Of a DNA stretch of 64,000 bases, positions 15,201 through 25,800 are shown one piece after another. The notes under the pieces are model-generated. The model saw only the letters and a program-made list of their open reading frames with translations, was not told the DNA's origin and did no database searches. Source of the stretch: Ascidiella aspersa (lineage: Eukaryota). Numbering within the stretch: position 1 is the stretch's first letter; the number at the start of each line of letters is the position of its first letter. The position numbers and the translations under genes were made by a program. The stretch covers positions 11,904,001 to 11,968,000 of the forward strand of contig OZ004610.1 of the NCBI GenBank assembly GCA_963924565.1, given 5' to 3'.

Positions 15201-17607
15201 CGTGTAATACCGGTTGTCGGGCTGGCACAGGTACTGTGTGAAGCGAGGCGGAACGATCGTGCCGCAGTCGTGGTCTGGAGGTAATGATTCGACACAAGAT
15301 TTTAGCTTTGCTAAATGTAGGTTAAGGGCCAGTGATCACCAGTGTTGTAAACAAGTCATTTTGAAATGACTTAAGTCCCAGTCAAGTCATTTGTAAAATA
15401 ATTTAAGTCTAAGTCAAGTGATATTTAAAATTACTAAGTTGAAGTCGAGTCTTGTCTTTTTGGATAAATAACAAGTCAAGTCCCAGTCATGTCATAATTA
15501 AAGCAAGTAAATTCCAAATCAAGTCCCCCCAAAATAATTAAACCTTAAGCTATTAAAATTGGTTATATTCGTCCGATTATGAGCAACACCTTAACTTATA
15601 AGTACCGAAAAGGCAATAGAGAGCAAGCAAATTTTTTTATGTGCAAAAAAAAAGGAAAAATAACCCAATTTTTAGAAAAAAAATGCTTAATGAAAACACT
15701 TAATTTCAAGCCAAGTCATTTGTCTAAAAGACTTAAGTCAAGTCAAGCCATTTGCCCTAAAGGCTTGAGTCAAGTCATTTGAAAACATTAAGTGCAATTA
15801 AGTCAAGTCATTGATTTAAGTCATTTACAACACTGGCGATCACAACGGCAACGTAACGCGTGCAAGATATTTACACTTAAAAGTGTAATTACCTGGGAGA
15901 CCTTCGTTGCATCCCTTTTCTTTGTCACCACAACAATATCTATAAAAAATAGGATTTTATAAATTTTGTCTGTTAACCTTTTTGCAGTGAATCTCAAACT
16001 GTGTGCCCAATTCTTATTGCAAATAGGCATGTAAGCAAACATGCGAGACTCGGATGCACATTATTCTTTAGATAACCTGCTAATAATGTGGTATTTACCT
16101 ATTTTATAGTGTATTTTAGGCGATTGTCAATTATGTTGTTTTGTATAATGTGGGCCGCGAATTTTGTTTGTATTTTTTTAGCACCGCAAGTTAAACAAGT
16201 TTAAGAACCATTTCCTTTTGATATGCACGATACGTACCTTGTTTAGGGCAAACGTTGCGGGCAACTAATTACCTGCAAACAGACAGCAGCGCGTTTCCGT
16301 CGTGGTCACATTGGGCAGGTTCCCACTCAGTTTTATTGTTCTGTCTCTGGTTGTTCTTGCATGCAGTTTCCTGCTTGCAGCCCTTTTTGATCAGGATCTT
16401 TGGGGTTCCGGCAACGTCCCGTCTAATTCGAATCTCGGTCTGGCACCAGTTCTATCACAACAAATCAACAGAACGAATTCACGACAGTAAAACACTGGAT
16501 GCATAACCGTGGTCTTTAAACCAATTACGAGCGCCGCATACTGAAGTTCAAACATATTTTTTGTGGTAGGCCTATGATGTTACAAAGCTGCGTCATAAAA
16601 CAGTACAAAATCATGCGTTTATTTGGTGTAAATGGACAAAACTTCAGATATCAAAGGTGGCAAAAAATACATTGACAAAATATACTACAAAAAGTAAAAA
16701 GAATGTATTTACAGATTAAAGTTGGCAAAAAATAGCTTAGGGCTATTGTCCTGGTGAATCACTCCCCCCCTGGTGACCCATTTTTATTTTTGTGCCCATG
16801 TTTTTGCAACCCACTTTGTTGTGGCCTCCACAACATACAGCTCCACGTATTCCGCCGTGACATAAATTTATCCACATGTTAAACTATTGATTAAAAAATC
16901 CGACTCGTGTGTCAAAAAGTTTGCCAACCCCTATCGCCATCAGTCTTTCACTAAACTATTGTACGCCTCAGTCACTTTAACTATAGTTATGTGCATAACT
17001 AAATTGTGTGCATCGTTTATTTCGTTAAACATTACAACAAATGTATGATCAGTTGTTCACACAAAACACAAACAAAAAATATATAAGGAATTAACTGAAA
17101 TCATGTTGTTGCATTGCAGGCCTCACGTGAGCCGCTTTGAAAGGTTGCCCGTGCCGTACGTTGTGCAGGCCTGTTTTACAAATTCGTATGCATACTTTGC
17201 AAAATTTATAAAAATGTTATTTATATTAATTGAACTAGAATATAAGGTTCAAAATCCTTTTTGTCTGACTTATTTTACTTGCTTCTTGACCAGGTCATCA
17301 TAAAAAATCGAACTGAGTCTTCGTCTAAGTAGCCCACGTGAATAATAATAAATTATTTTACTCTACCTCGTTAATTGGACATTCTTTCATTCCTTGTTGG
17401 TTACACTCAGCATTATTGGCTGCATCTTTGCAAGTGTAGCACCATCTTCCATTTGTTACTGTTGGACTGATAACTGCAAACAACAATATTAACTCGTGTT
17501 TTTGCTTTTCCAATTTGCATCTACCCTGGAATTAATGGCTACCAGTGAAAACTTTTATTTATGTTACACTTACCTAGCATTGCTATGCAGACGGGCAGCA
17601 ATTTCAT
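222..17607 (-). CDS. Gene B (3'-partial): SP-LU(Ly6/uPAR)-CCPx>=27 glycoprotein with selectin-type sushi repeats; continues past the left window edge
   Basis: Exons: 17574-17607 (MKLLPVCIAML), 17367-17473, 16273-16451, 15893-15939, 15076-15274, 14253-14343, 13780-13933, 13162-13350, 12245-12448, 11767-11952, 11483-11668, 11074-11259, 10680-10865, 10296-10469, 9925-10110, 9512-9685, 8920-9105, 8536-8721, 7941-8120, 7393-7578, 7120-7305, 6524-6709, 5965-6150, 5415-5600, 4351-4536, 3768-3953, 3082-3267, 2321-2509, 1750-1926, 1250-1435, 730-906, 222-416. About 1815 codons lie in the window and no stop is reached. All junctions are GT-AG except the donor at 11482. Confidence 0.88.
4051..4190 (-). 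mobile_element. Possible 3' fragment of a retroposon (SINE/LINE tail) ending in poly-A
   Basis: A 24-nt T run (4051-4074) adjoins a ~115-bp segment of higher GC than the intron; no TSD found. Confidence 0.3.
4844..5322. mobile_element. Non-autonomous hAT (Buster/Charlie-like) MITE
   Basis: TIRs CAGTGGTTCTCAACC / GGTTGAGAACCAGTG; perfect 8-bp TSD CTTTAAAG (4836-4843 and 5323-5330); subterminal GGTACGC motifs. Confidence 0.9.
9500..10880. repeat. Recent tandem duplication of a two-CCP-exon unit (period ~755-785 bp)
   Basis: Exon 9512-9685 matches 10296-10469, and exon 9925-10110 matches 10680-10865. The intervening intron also aligns (ACCGACGTTAAATATTAAATA...GTTAACCAC). Confidence 0.95.
12542..12660. 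mobile_element. Degenerate fragment of the AAGTC-type MITE, opposite orientation
   Basis: CACTGTTTTTAAATGACTTGACTTAAG resembles the reverse complement of the 15835 end; clustered GACTT repeats; no matching second end found. Confidence 0.6.
14569..14893. mobile_element. hAT MITE (same family as 23398-23686)
   Basis: TIR CAGCGGTTCTCAACC / GGTTAACAGCCACTG; TSD CTTTAGAC on both sides; internal sequence similar to the 23398 copy. Confidence 0.9.
15340..15835. mobile_element. hAT-like MITE rich in AAGTC pentamers
   Basis: 12-bp TIR CAGTGTTGTAAA / TTTACAACACTG; 8-bp TSD GTGATCAC / GCGATCAC; many AAGTCA repeats near both ends. Confidence 0.88.
15893..17473 (-). CDS. Gene B LU/three-finger domain (12 Cys, 3 exons; absent from the ORF track)
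   Basis: Hand translation: WCYTCKDAANNAECNQQGMKECPINE/NWCQTEIRIRRDVAGTPKILIKKGCKQETACKNNQRQNNKTEWEPAQCDHDGNALLSVCR/YCCGDKEKGCNEGLP. It aligns Cys-for-Cys with the gene A LU domain. Confidence 0.85.
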
Positions 17608-18417
17608 TCTCGAATTAACCCGAATCCAGTCTCCGTGTATAAGTGTTTAAATAACTCGCGAACGTTTCAAATAACGTTATATCACTCCAATGTAAATTTG
17701 AAAACAAGCGACATGTACATACGACCTTGATATTTCGGACTGGCATTATGTTTTTTTACTTCTCCCTGCATGGCAAGTACGCATATGTGTAATGGCATTG
17801 CAATCAAAGTCGCGCTGTAGCTTCTAATGAGTTGTGTGAGACTTGATGGACCTGGATTTTAACCCCGGGCGCACTTCTAATGCAGCGCAGGAAATTGACG
17901 CGATACAGGCAATAATCTTCGTGAAGGTTCCATTTGTGTAGACTTTTGTGACAGAGCATAATAGCGTCGTGTCGTGGTTCACTTTGATAGTAGCATGCAA
18001 AGTGTTCAGTATTGTTTCACAGCCTTGACCTTATTAAAAAACATGCTCAAATATCCCCATTTTTTCATGTAAATTCCTTAAATATGGAAACAATAGGTCA
18101 ACATGCAAACTACGGCTTTGTCCCTAATGTAACAACGACAAGTTCCTTCATGATTCAGATCCCTATTTGCTATAGTGTCAATGTATATTAATATTATTGC
18201 AAGATGTCACCAATCATTAATTGAGACAAAACAACTTTATACAATAGTAGCCTATATAGAACAATTGTTCAATCTCTTGAACATGTTAAAGTTGTTCGGC
18301 CATTTTACACATCAGTTGTATATAAACCATTTTAAAAAGTAAACGTTGTAATTTGTTTTAAGAGATACCTAAAGTTGTAACAACAAAAGCGACAAGTCTT
18401 CAGGCTACATTTTAAGT

Positions 18418-18461
18418 TTTATTAGCATTTGTCTGGAATCCAAGCTGATGGCTGATTTATT
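18418..18461 (-). terminator. Candidate polyadenylation signals of gene A
   Basis: AATAAA on the minus strand at 18456-18461 and 18418-18423, ~400 nt after the stop codon. Confidence 0.4.
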
Positions 18462-18836
18462 CTAAACCTGCTGGAGTTTAATTTGAAGCCTGCTTGATCG
18501 CACAAAGTAGAACGGCTAATTGGTTAATTGGAGTTAACAACAAGGTTCAAGCACGCTTTAAAATGTATTTGGCAATACAGCAAATACCGACAGATAAAAC
18601 ACCGATATAACATGCAATAAACATCTCTGTTATATACAAGTTGGCAGAAGAAAAAAGTGAAATATTTGTGCCTTGGGGTACTGCAGAGATACAAAAATAA
18701 ACTCACAACATATATTTCATTTACACGTAAAGATGGTGCTAGAATTTTTCAATTAACTGTCCGATATTAAGGTTAATTTCAGTTGGCCTACTAATAAAAA
18801 ACAGTGAAGAAAAAATGAAGGCAAAGTTGCAGTTAG

Positions 18837-19877
18837 TTAGCACTGGACACTGCAGACTTGGTCGGCCACGTTCGTCACGATTTCGTTAATGTCGGAAACC
18901 TCGGCCAGGCTGTAGATGTTGTCCTTAATTGGCTTGGAAGCGATGACACTGAGATCTTGCAAGTGTGAGCCAGTGATGCCGATTGCGATCACGTGAGCGT
19001 CCGAGTCTCTCAGTATTTTTGCTGCAGTAAGAAATGAAATACAGTAAGAAATCGAAACAACGCGCACTTCTTGGCCAATGTATTTTAAGCTGTTTGCGAG
19101 TTTATACCGATTGTGCCGGCTGACAATTTATTTATTAACCAACTTACCATTGTTGACAAGGTCGTCTTTTGCGTTTCCGTCGGTCAGAACGATCACTACT
19201 TTCTGGATGCCAGGTCGGGCTCCCATTAAATTAGTTGCGACGAAGTTCAGCGCTTGACCTTGGTCAAAAATGACAATGTTTACTGTGTAGCTTGTTTCCC
19301 TTTTATGCATGTTGTGTATTTCTTAAAGGTGATTAGTTGACTTTTATCTCGTTCAAGATTTTTTTACCGAGCACAAAAAGAAGCGCTATTTTATTAAACT
19401 TATAGAAAAGTTCTCCTTCGGCATTTAATAAACGTACTTGCCACATCAAAATTAACATTTAACGAAAAAACAGACTTAACAGCGCATATAAGTCTTTTTA
19501 GGTCAAGGAAAAACGAAAAAGGGGTCAACTAACCGGCGAGCGTTCCCTTGCCAGAATAGTTGAGCTGTGAGATAGCGTCGTCCACTTCTGATTTATTAGC
19601 GTGCCAGAAGCGGCCGCTGGGCACGTATACCACAGAGTCGAATCCCACCAACGAGACTTGAGTAAACTTTGCGCTGATCTCGAAAGCGCTGTACATCTGA
19701 GAAAAAGAAAAAATAGGGTATAAATGTGCACGCCGCTTAATAGAAGGGAATGCATGTGCCCAGCTTTACTTACCGATTTGGTGAAATTGATGATGGTCTG
19801 GAAGTTTACTTCGCCGATGCTACTGGAACGGTCGACGACAAACACTAAGTTCAGTCGAGCCTTTGGTGGACATTCGT
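18837..19877 (-). CDS. Gene A C-terminal VWA domain (4 exons) with intact MIDAS
   Basis: [14 protein letters not shown] (DxSxS), GKGTLAG (T), VVIVLTDG (D), VIAIGI; stop TAA at 18837-18839. Confidence 0.9.
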
Positions 19878-22800
19878 CTGTTTTATGAATAAACAAATTT
19901 ATTCGTTGTCCCGAAACATTGGATTTAGGACCCAACTTAGCGTTTCAGTTTTGATCTACCGATCACGAGATTTTATGACAAATCAACTTAGACGGCCACT
20001 CTCATATTAAGATGACCTTAATTTTTAGGATCCTTTTAGGAAACAGTACCGCCATACAATTGGTGTAAAAAAAGTTTTTCACAATAATATCACATTTTTT
20101 TTCTTAGTTGGCAAAGCCACTTATATGTTGCGTCGCACCGCGCGTGGTTTGTTAAACTTTTTAAAATGGGGTCCATTTTCTCTTGTTAAAGGGAAACCAA
20201 GTCAAATACCTAAACAGCAAGGCTTTCGTCCGCTCCAGTCGAGGTCGGGTTGGCAGATCACTTGACTGGTTCCTTGCAGCAGGTAACCGTCGTTGCATGA
20301 GTACTGACATACAGAGCCGGTTTTGTGCCCGTCACTGCACATCACTGATCCGGCGTTCGGGGCAACGACAGGCGGGCAAACCGATTCTAAAAGAAAAACA
20401 GTCTTTATTAAATAGAAGCAGCTTTTTCGTGCGGAGATCGAATTTCGACACGCTCAGTTTTACCAATATGTCGTGAGCTTCAACAGTGTTTTGTCGCATT
20501 TGTACACTTACCAACGCAAACCGGGAGAATGTTGTCCCAGGCCATATAAGGAGCGACGCAGGTGACAGACGCAGATGGCCCGATCAGTGTGAAGCCTGGC
20601 TTGCACGTGAAGGTACAAGTCGAGCCGTTTCTCCAGCCGTCCGTGCATTCTACGTTTCCGTTCGGCATACCGGCGAGCGCGGGTTGGCACAGAGTGATTT
20701 GTTCTGTGGAAATTGTAAAGAAGACGTTAGTTAGATGTTTCATTCCACAATTATTAAGTCACCTAGTTATGACTACTTAAACAGGAATTTATATGTTTGA
20801 GAGATGACATACATGGTCTATTGGCCTATAAATGTGTTGCATGTAACGTTACATTAATTAAGGAAATCTAGAGAAAGCTTTTACTATGGTTGGAAAGGAC
20901 ATATGACACATAAAAGAAAAGAAAAAAATAAACGCCGTACTTCTTTTCATTGACAATCGGAGTAATTTTCTAGTTAGCCAGTAATGTTATTATATTGTTT
21001 TGATTTTGCGGCGCTGCTTTGTTTACGAGTGCGCCAAGCGTAATAAACTCTCTGTTTTTTATTTTATTACTGTTGGGCTGATAACGTACCGTTGGTTTTC
21101 TCGCTATCGCACACGTATCTCGCAAACTCGTTGCAGTAGAGGTCGACCCAGAGGAAGTCGCGTGTGTTGAATTTGACGGGATCAGACACAAGATGGACGC
21201 ATCGCGCACCAGTACCTGAGACAAGTTAACAAACCTATTGATCTGAGCAAAATAATTAGTTGAAAGACAAATAATATCAAAGCAAATTGTTGTCAAAGTC
21301 ATGCAAAACATTTTGGTGAGGCAAGTTAAGTTTTGTAGCCTAATTCAATGAGACACGTAAATATATCGTATACCCTTTACGCACCAATTTATTAGAAATA
21401 CATTTTTTAAATTAATTCTATTCGTTGTCCAGCTTTGTGCGTCACAAAGTTTTCTTATGTTCAGATGAATGCGTTGTTGTAATGGAATATCGTAAGTTTC
21501 TTAAATGGTGATCATTACACAAACGGAATGTCGTAAGTTTCACAAACAGTAATAAATAAATAAACGACCTGCTTAACAACTTACCCCCGCGAATGCTCGG
21601 TTGTTTGGGAGCCCACATCTGGTAGTCACGCGGCAGAAGTGGGGCTCCGTCTCTCCATCTGAGCTTTCCTGGCTCATAACGGTCGTCGAGTCCGATCCAG
21701 GGTCCGAGAATCACGGTGGTCAAGTCGTTGAGGGGCACGAGTTTGTTCTGCCGAATAAAAATCAGGACAAAGTCAGGCAACATGCTTAAATTAAGGTTTT
21801 AATGTGCCGTATAAATATATGCTTTCCGTTTGAGTATAGTTATATGTTCATTTTGTTTTACACTGCCGCAAATGGTTCGCGAGCAGCTTTTAATTCTCAT
21901 GTAGAGTTAAATTAACGGAAATGTAATCTTCATTAGGCTGCGGTAAGTTACATTCTTTCATTGTCGCTTTGATTTAGTCTAGAATCTGGTGCTATATTGC
22001 AAGGCTTTTATTCATTTTTGTTTTGAAGAATCTCGGTTTATTTGACCTGGGTTTTATACAGAGCAACGTTTGAGAAGCAGTCAGTTAATTAAAAATTATC
22101 TTAAAAAAATGCCAAATTTGAAAAAAATAGGAAAAACCTCAGCCAAAAAGAAAGGATGAATACAACTCACCAGGAGGATGGCGTTAAGTGTGTCGTACTC
22201 CTCCTTGGTCTTGATGGAAGCCGGATGTCCGCTCTCAATGTTTGCGCACGCGTCCGATGCGGTGTAGGAGGGATGCTCGGGATCAACCACCAGGTACTTG
22301 AAGCAATACTCGCCCTGGAGAAGCTCGTGAGGTGGGCAGGGAAGGTCCAGTTCTGGACAGGATAAACAAATGTTTTGGACATTGCAGTACATCAAATGCA
22401 TTAAGTTAGAGCAGTGTTTCTGAACCGGGGTACCGCGGCACCCTGGTGTGCCATTTCTAATGCTCAAAAAAAAAAAAAAAAAAAAAAAAAAGGTGTCGAT
22501 AGGTAATTAAGAAAGGGGGTGTCGAAAGGTAATTAAGAATTTTTAGAAACCTGATTTTTTAGGAACTTGATTCCGAAGAAAGCAGGGGGTACGACATGTA
22601 GTGTGAAATCATGCGCTATTAGGCATATTTGTGAAGAATGCATAATTTACGAAAAGCAACAACAAAAAGCCATTAGTAAATTGTCTGATTGTTTGTGTGT
22701 TGTAAATATTGTTAAACTTACAAGACTGTATTTATTGCGTGTATTCAACAAATAAGTTATAAATTGATTGAGCTTAATTCGGATTATTAAAATTCTATTT

Positions 22801-25800
22801 ACATTCTAGACAGGGGGTACGAGAAAATTTCATCTACGCTCAAAGGGTACGAGCGCTAAAAAGGTTAAGAAACACTGTTCTAATAGAAACAGATATCTGT
22901 TTTGCACGATACGTCAGTATCCTGATAAAGACGTTCTGTATAGCACGTCGAAACGTCGATCTATTATATATTCTGCTGGAAGAGCAACACTCCGTTATAT
23001 ATTATGCCTGGCAGCAATAGCTTATTTCACACTGTTCTAAGTTGGTTGTTTGGTTCCAGTTCCATTTATAGTGACAATTCAGTAACACACTCAACGAAAA
23101 TTCCAGTCAGGCGCCAATCTATTTATTATTTTTGAGGCGGGCGTAAGTCATAAAAGGTTGAGAATCACTGAGTTGGAGAGTTAACAAATTTTGCGTCTAC
23201 GTCTGTTTTAGCAATGAAACGATGCGAAAAGCGATGGCTGTCACTATATTTATAGTTTAAATTATTGATCGATTATAGGTCAGTTTTCTGTAAAAGTTGC
23301 TTCACTAACTTTGCAACCGAACTTTCATTTAAAGTCAATTGGCTACAACTTCGAACTATGTTAACCCAAAATAGCATAAACCTATAAGGCTATAGATCAG
23401 CGGTTCTCAACCAGTGAGCCATGGCTCACTGGTGGGCCATAAGAGCATTTGAGGTGGGCCACATTTGAGGATGGCTTGGTGAGAAATTAAAAAGGAATAT
23501 AATTTTTTTGTTCAGCCGCAAGCATCTCACTAATGCAAAGTTGAATAAATAATCTGTTTTGAAATATATTCTGCTGTGTTTTGTTCTAAACCTATTTTAC
23601 AGTTTTTTCTTTCATAAAACTTTCGGGCCACAGAATTTTTTTGCAACGTTAATGGGCCACGAAAGACAAAAGGTTGAGAACCACTGCTATAGATATTGTC
23701 GTTGATTAAAAACCAATACAGCAGCAAATAAAATTGCGTGAACGCCTCGGATAAATGTTAATTTATTTTAACCGAGGCGGCATAAAGTTGCTTTAACACT
23801 TTAAGCACAACTCTAATCAATTGTTCATGTGTCCCTTACCCATTCTTCTAAATATGTCTTCAACAAGCTTCAGCCACTAAACACTTGATTATATTTACTT
23901 GTGCAGTTCCTGCCATCGCCGATGTACTCGGGAGCGCAAGTACATTCGAAAGATCCCGGCGTGTTCACACAAATTCCGCCCTCCTCCGAACTCATACAGT
24001 CATCCAGCAGCTCGAGACACTCGTCGATGTCCACGCAAGAGAAGCCGTCTCCGCGGTAACCAGGAATGCAGGTGCAACTGAACAGTGAAAGCATTTGGCT
24101 ACTATTACAGGTGGCATTTTTGCGAAACTTTCTATATATTTAAAAGTTGAGGGCATTCGGCTGGTAGCATACAGATTCAAAAAAGGGAGATGGAGCCTGT
24201 AGTGTACAATGAGACTTACTATGGCCATATCGCACTGCTGTTGCGTAACTCTTTTATCCCCCCCGAAAAAAGTAGAGGAATAAATTATTAGCGCGGGATG
24301 AAAATATGAGAACATGAAATATAAATTTTAGAAGGAAATTATTACCTTGCTTGCAGAAGGGAAGTTCCCCGATCCATTCCTTGGTGATGAAATCGCAGAT
24401 GATGACGTCATTGCCCTGGAGCGTGAAGCTTTTGTCGCACGAGAAGGAACATATGGAACCGACCCGGTTCCCATCGGTGCAGGATCCGGCTCCGTTGACC
24501 AGATTCAGTACTTCAGCGGGAAGTTGGTCGCAAAGCACTACAGGAAATATATATTTTATTTCTATCTCCTTCATGTTTGATTGATCAAGGTTTTCATCTA
24601 ATGCGAACATGTTTTTTCAACTGTTAGGGATAACTTCGGTTTTCGGTCTACTTATGGCAAACCAGTACTTGAGTGAAATTACGCACAGTTACGCCCGCAT
24701 ATAAGCCAACAAGTGTTCTTAGGCTTCTAAGATTTATGTGATTTGTATCTATAGTATGTTATTTCTGTCTTATTTTAATCAGGGACCTACAAACGAATGA
24801 CAACGTACTGAGTTTGCATTGCGGATTGTTATCCCAATCTGGAATTTCACCGGCGCAAGTCGCTTTGCTGCCTCCGTTGGCCTCGTAGCCCGGATCGCAA
24901 ACAACTGTGCAAGTGGAATCCAGTTCAGTGCCGCTGGTGCAGTCCACCTGACCGTTCTCCACCGAAAAGGGGCGGCAGTTCACTACCTGAGTCTTTTCAG
25001 CAACTGTAAACGCAATAAAACTTGGATTATTTTGAAAATGAAGTTATTTTTGAAAAAATAAAACTAAAAACAAAGCTTTTGAGCATAATGGTTGGAGGTT
25101 GTAGGAAGACGATCATTTTGAACGTTTCTATGTTTACTTTAGTCACTATGTTGGCTATGTTGACTATGTTGAAAATGAATAAAAATTATTCGAAACGTTC
25201 AAAATGATACCTTCTTCTGTATAGGCTTTGATATTCTTATTACGTAAAAACAAAGCATTCTTGAATAAATCGTGTCACAAACTTTTGCATGGTTAACGAC
25301 TTAGAGTTCCAACTTCGAATTTAATTTACTGTTAGAAAGACTACGTTCCACGACAACGTTTTTGTCGTACTTACGAAGGCATCTTGGTTTTGGGAAGGAC
25401 CATATCTTGGACGACGCGTCGCATGTGACTACCCCTGTGCCGAACAGATCGTAGCCCTCGTCGCAAACGAACGAGCAAACCGAGGAAAGTCTGTTAAAGT
25501 TGGTGCAAGCAGAGCTTCCGCTTCGTGGGGGTTGCGTCATCTTTACGTCGCACGCATCGCACGACTCGTCTGGTCGAGGTAAAAGTATTATTAAAGGTTA
25601 CTTTAAAGTACACATAATGTATTGAATCAAATACTTTGGGAAATGCCGTATTTTAAAGTCAATGGTTAAAATTAATTCTTCAAGAATGGCCGCAGAAGAT
25701 GGGGCGTTATCATTTTTGCCTCAAGCTACTTTTTCTTGAATATCATGCAATGTTTAAACTTTAAAGGCTATAGAGGATTCATGATTTTATTCGATAAACT

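Noticed and set aside
15340-15835. AAGTC repeats as a CRISPR-like or satellite array
   Set aside because: Irregular pentamers inside TIRs with a TSD; these are MITE subterminal repeats.
17127-17170. 44-nt AG/GT-flanked GC-rich segment (ACTTYGTGNLSKRL) inside gene B intron 2
   Set aside because: The flanking exons join in phase 0 without it and align to gene A. Inclusion would frameshift to a stop. At most a poison exon, with no support.
17810-17880. tRNA/tmRNA-like 3' end (GACCTGGATTTTAACCCCGGGCGC)
   Set aside because: No TTC T-loop/B-box, no acceptor stem and no cloverleaf.
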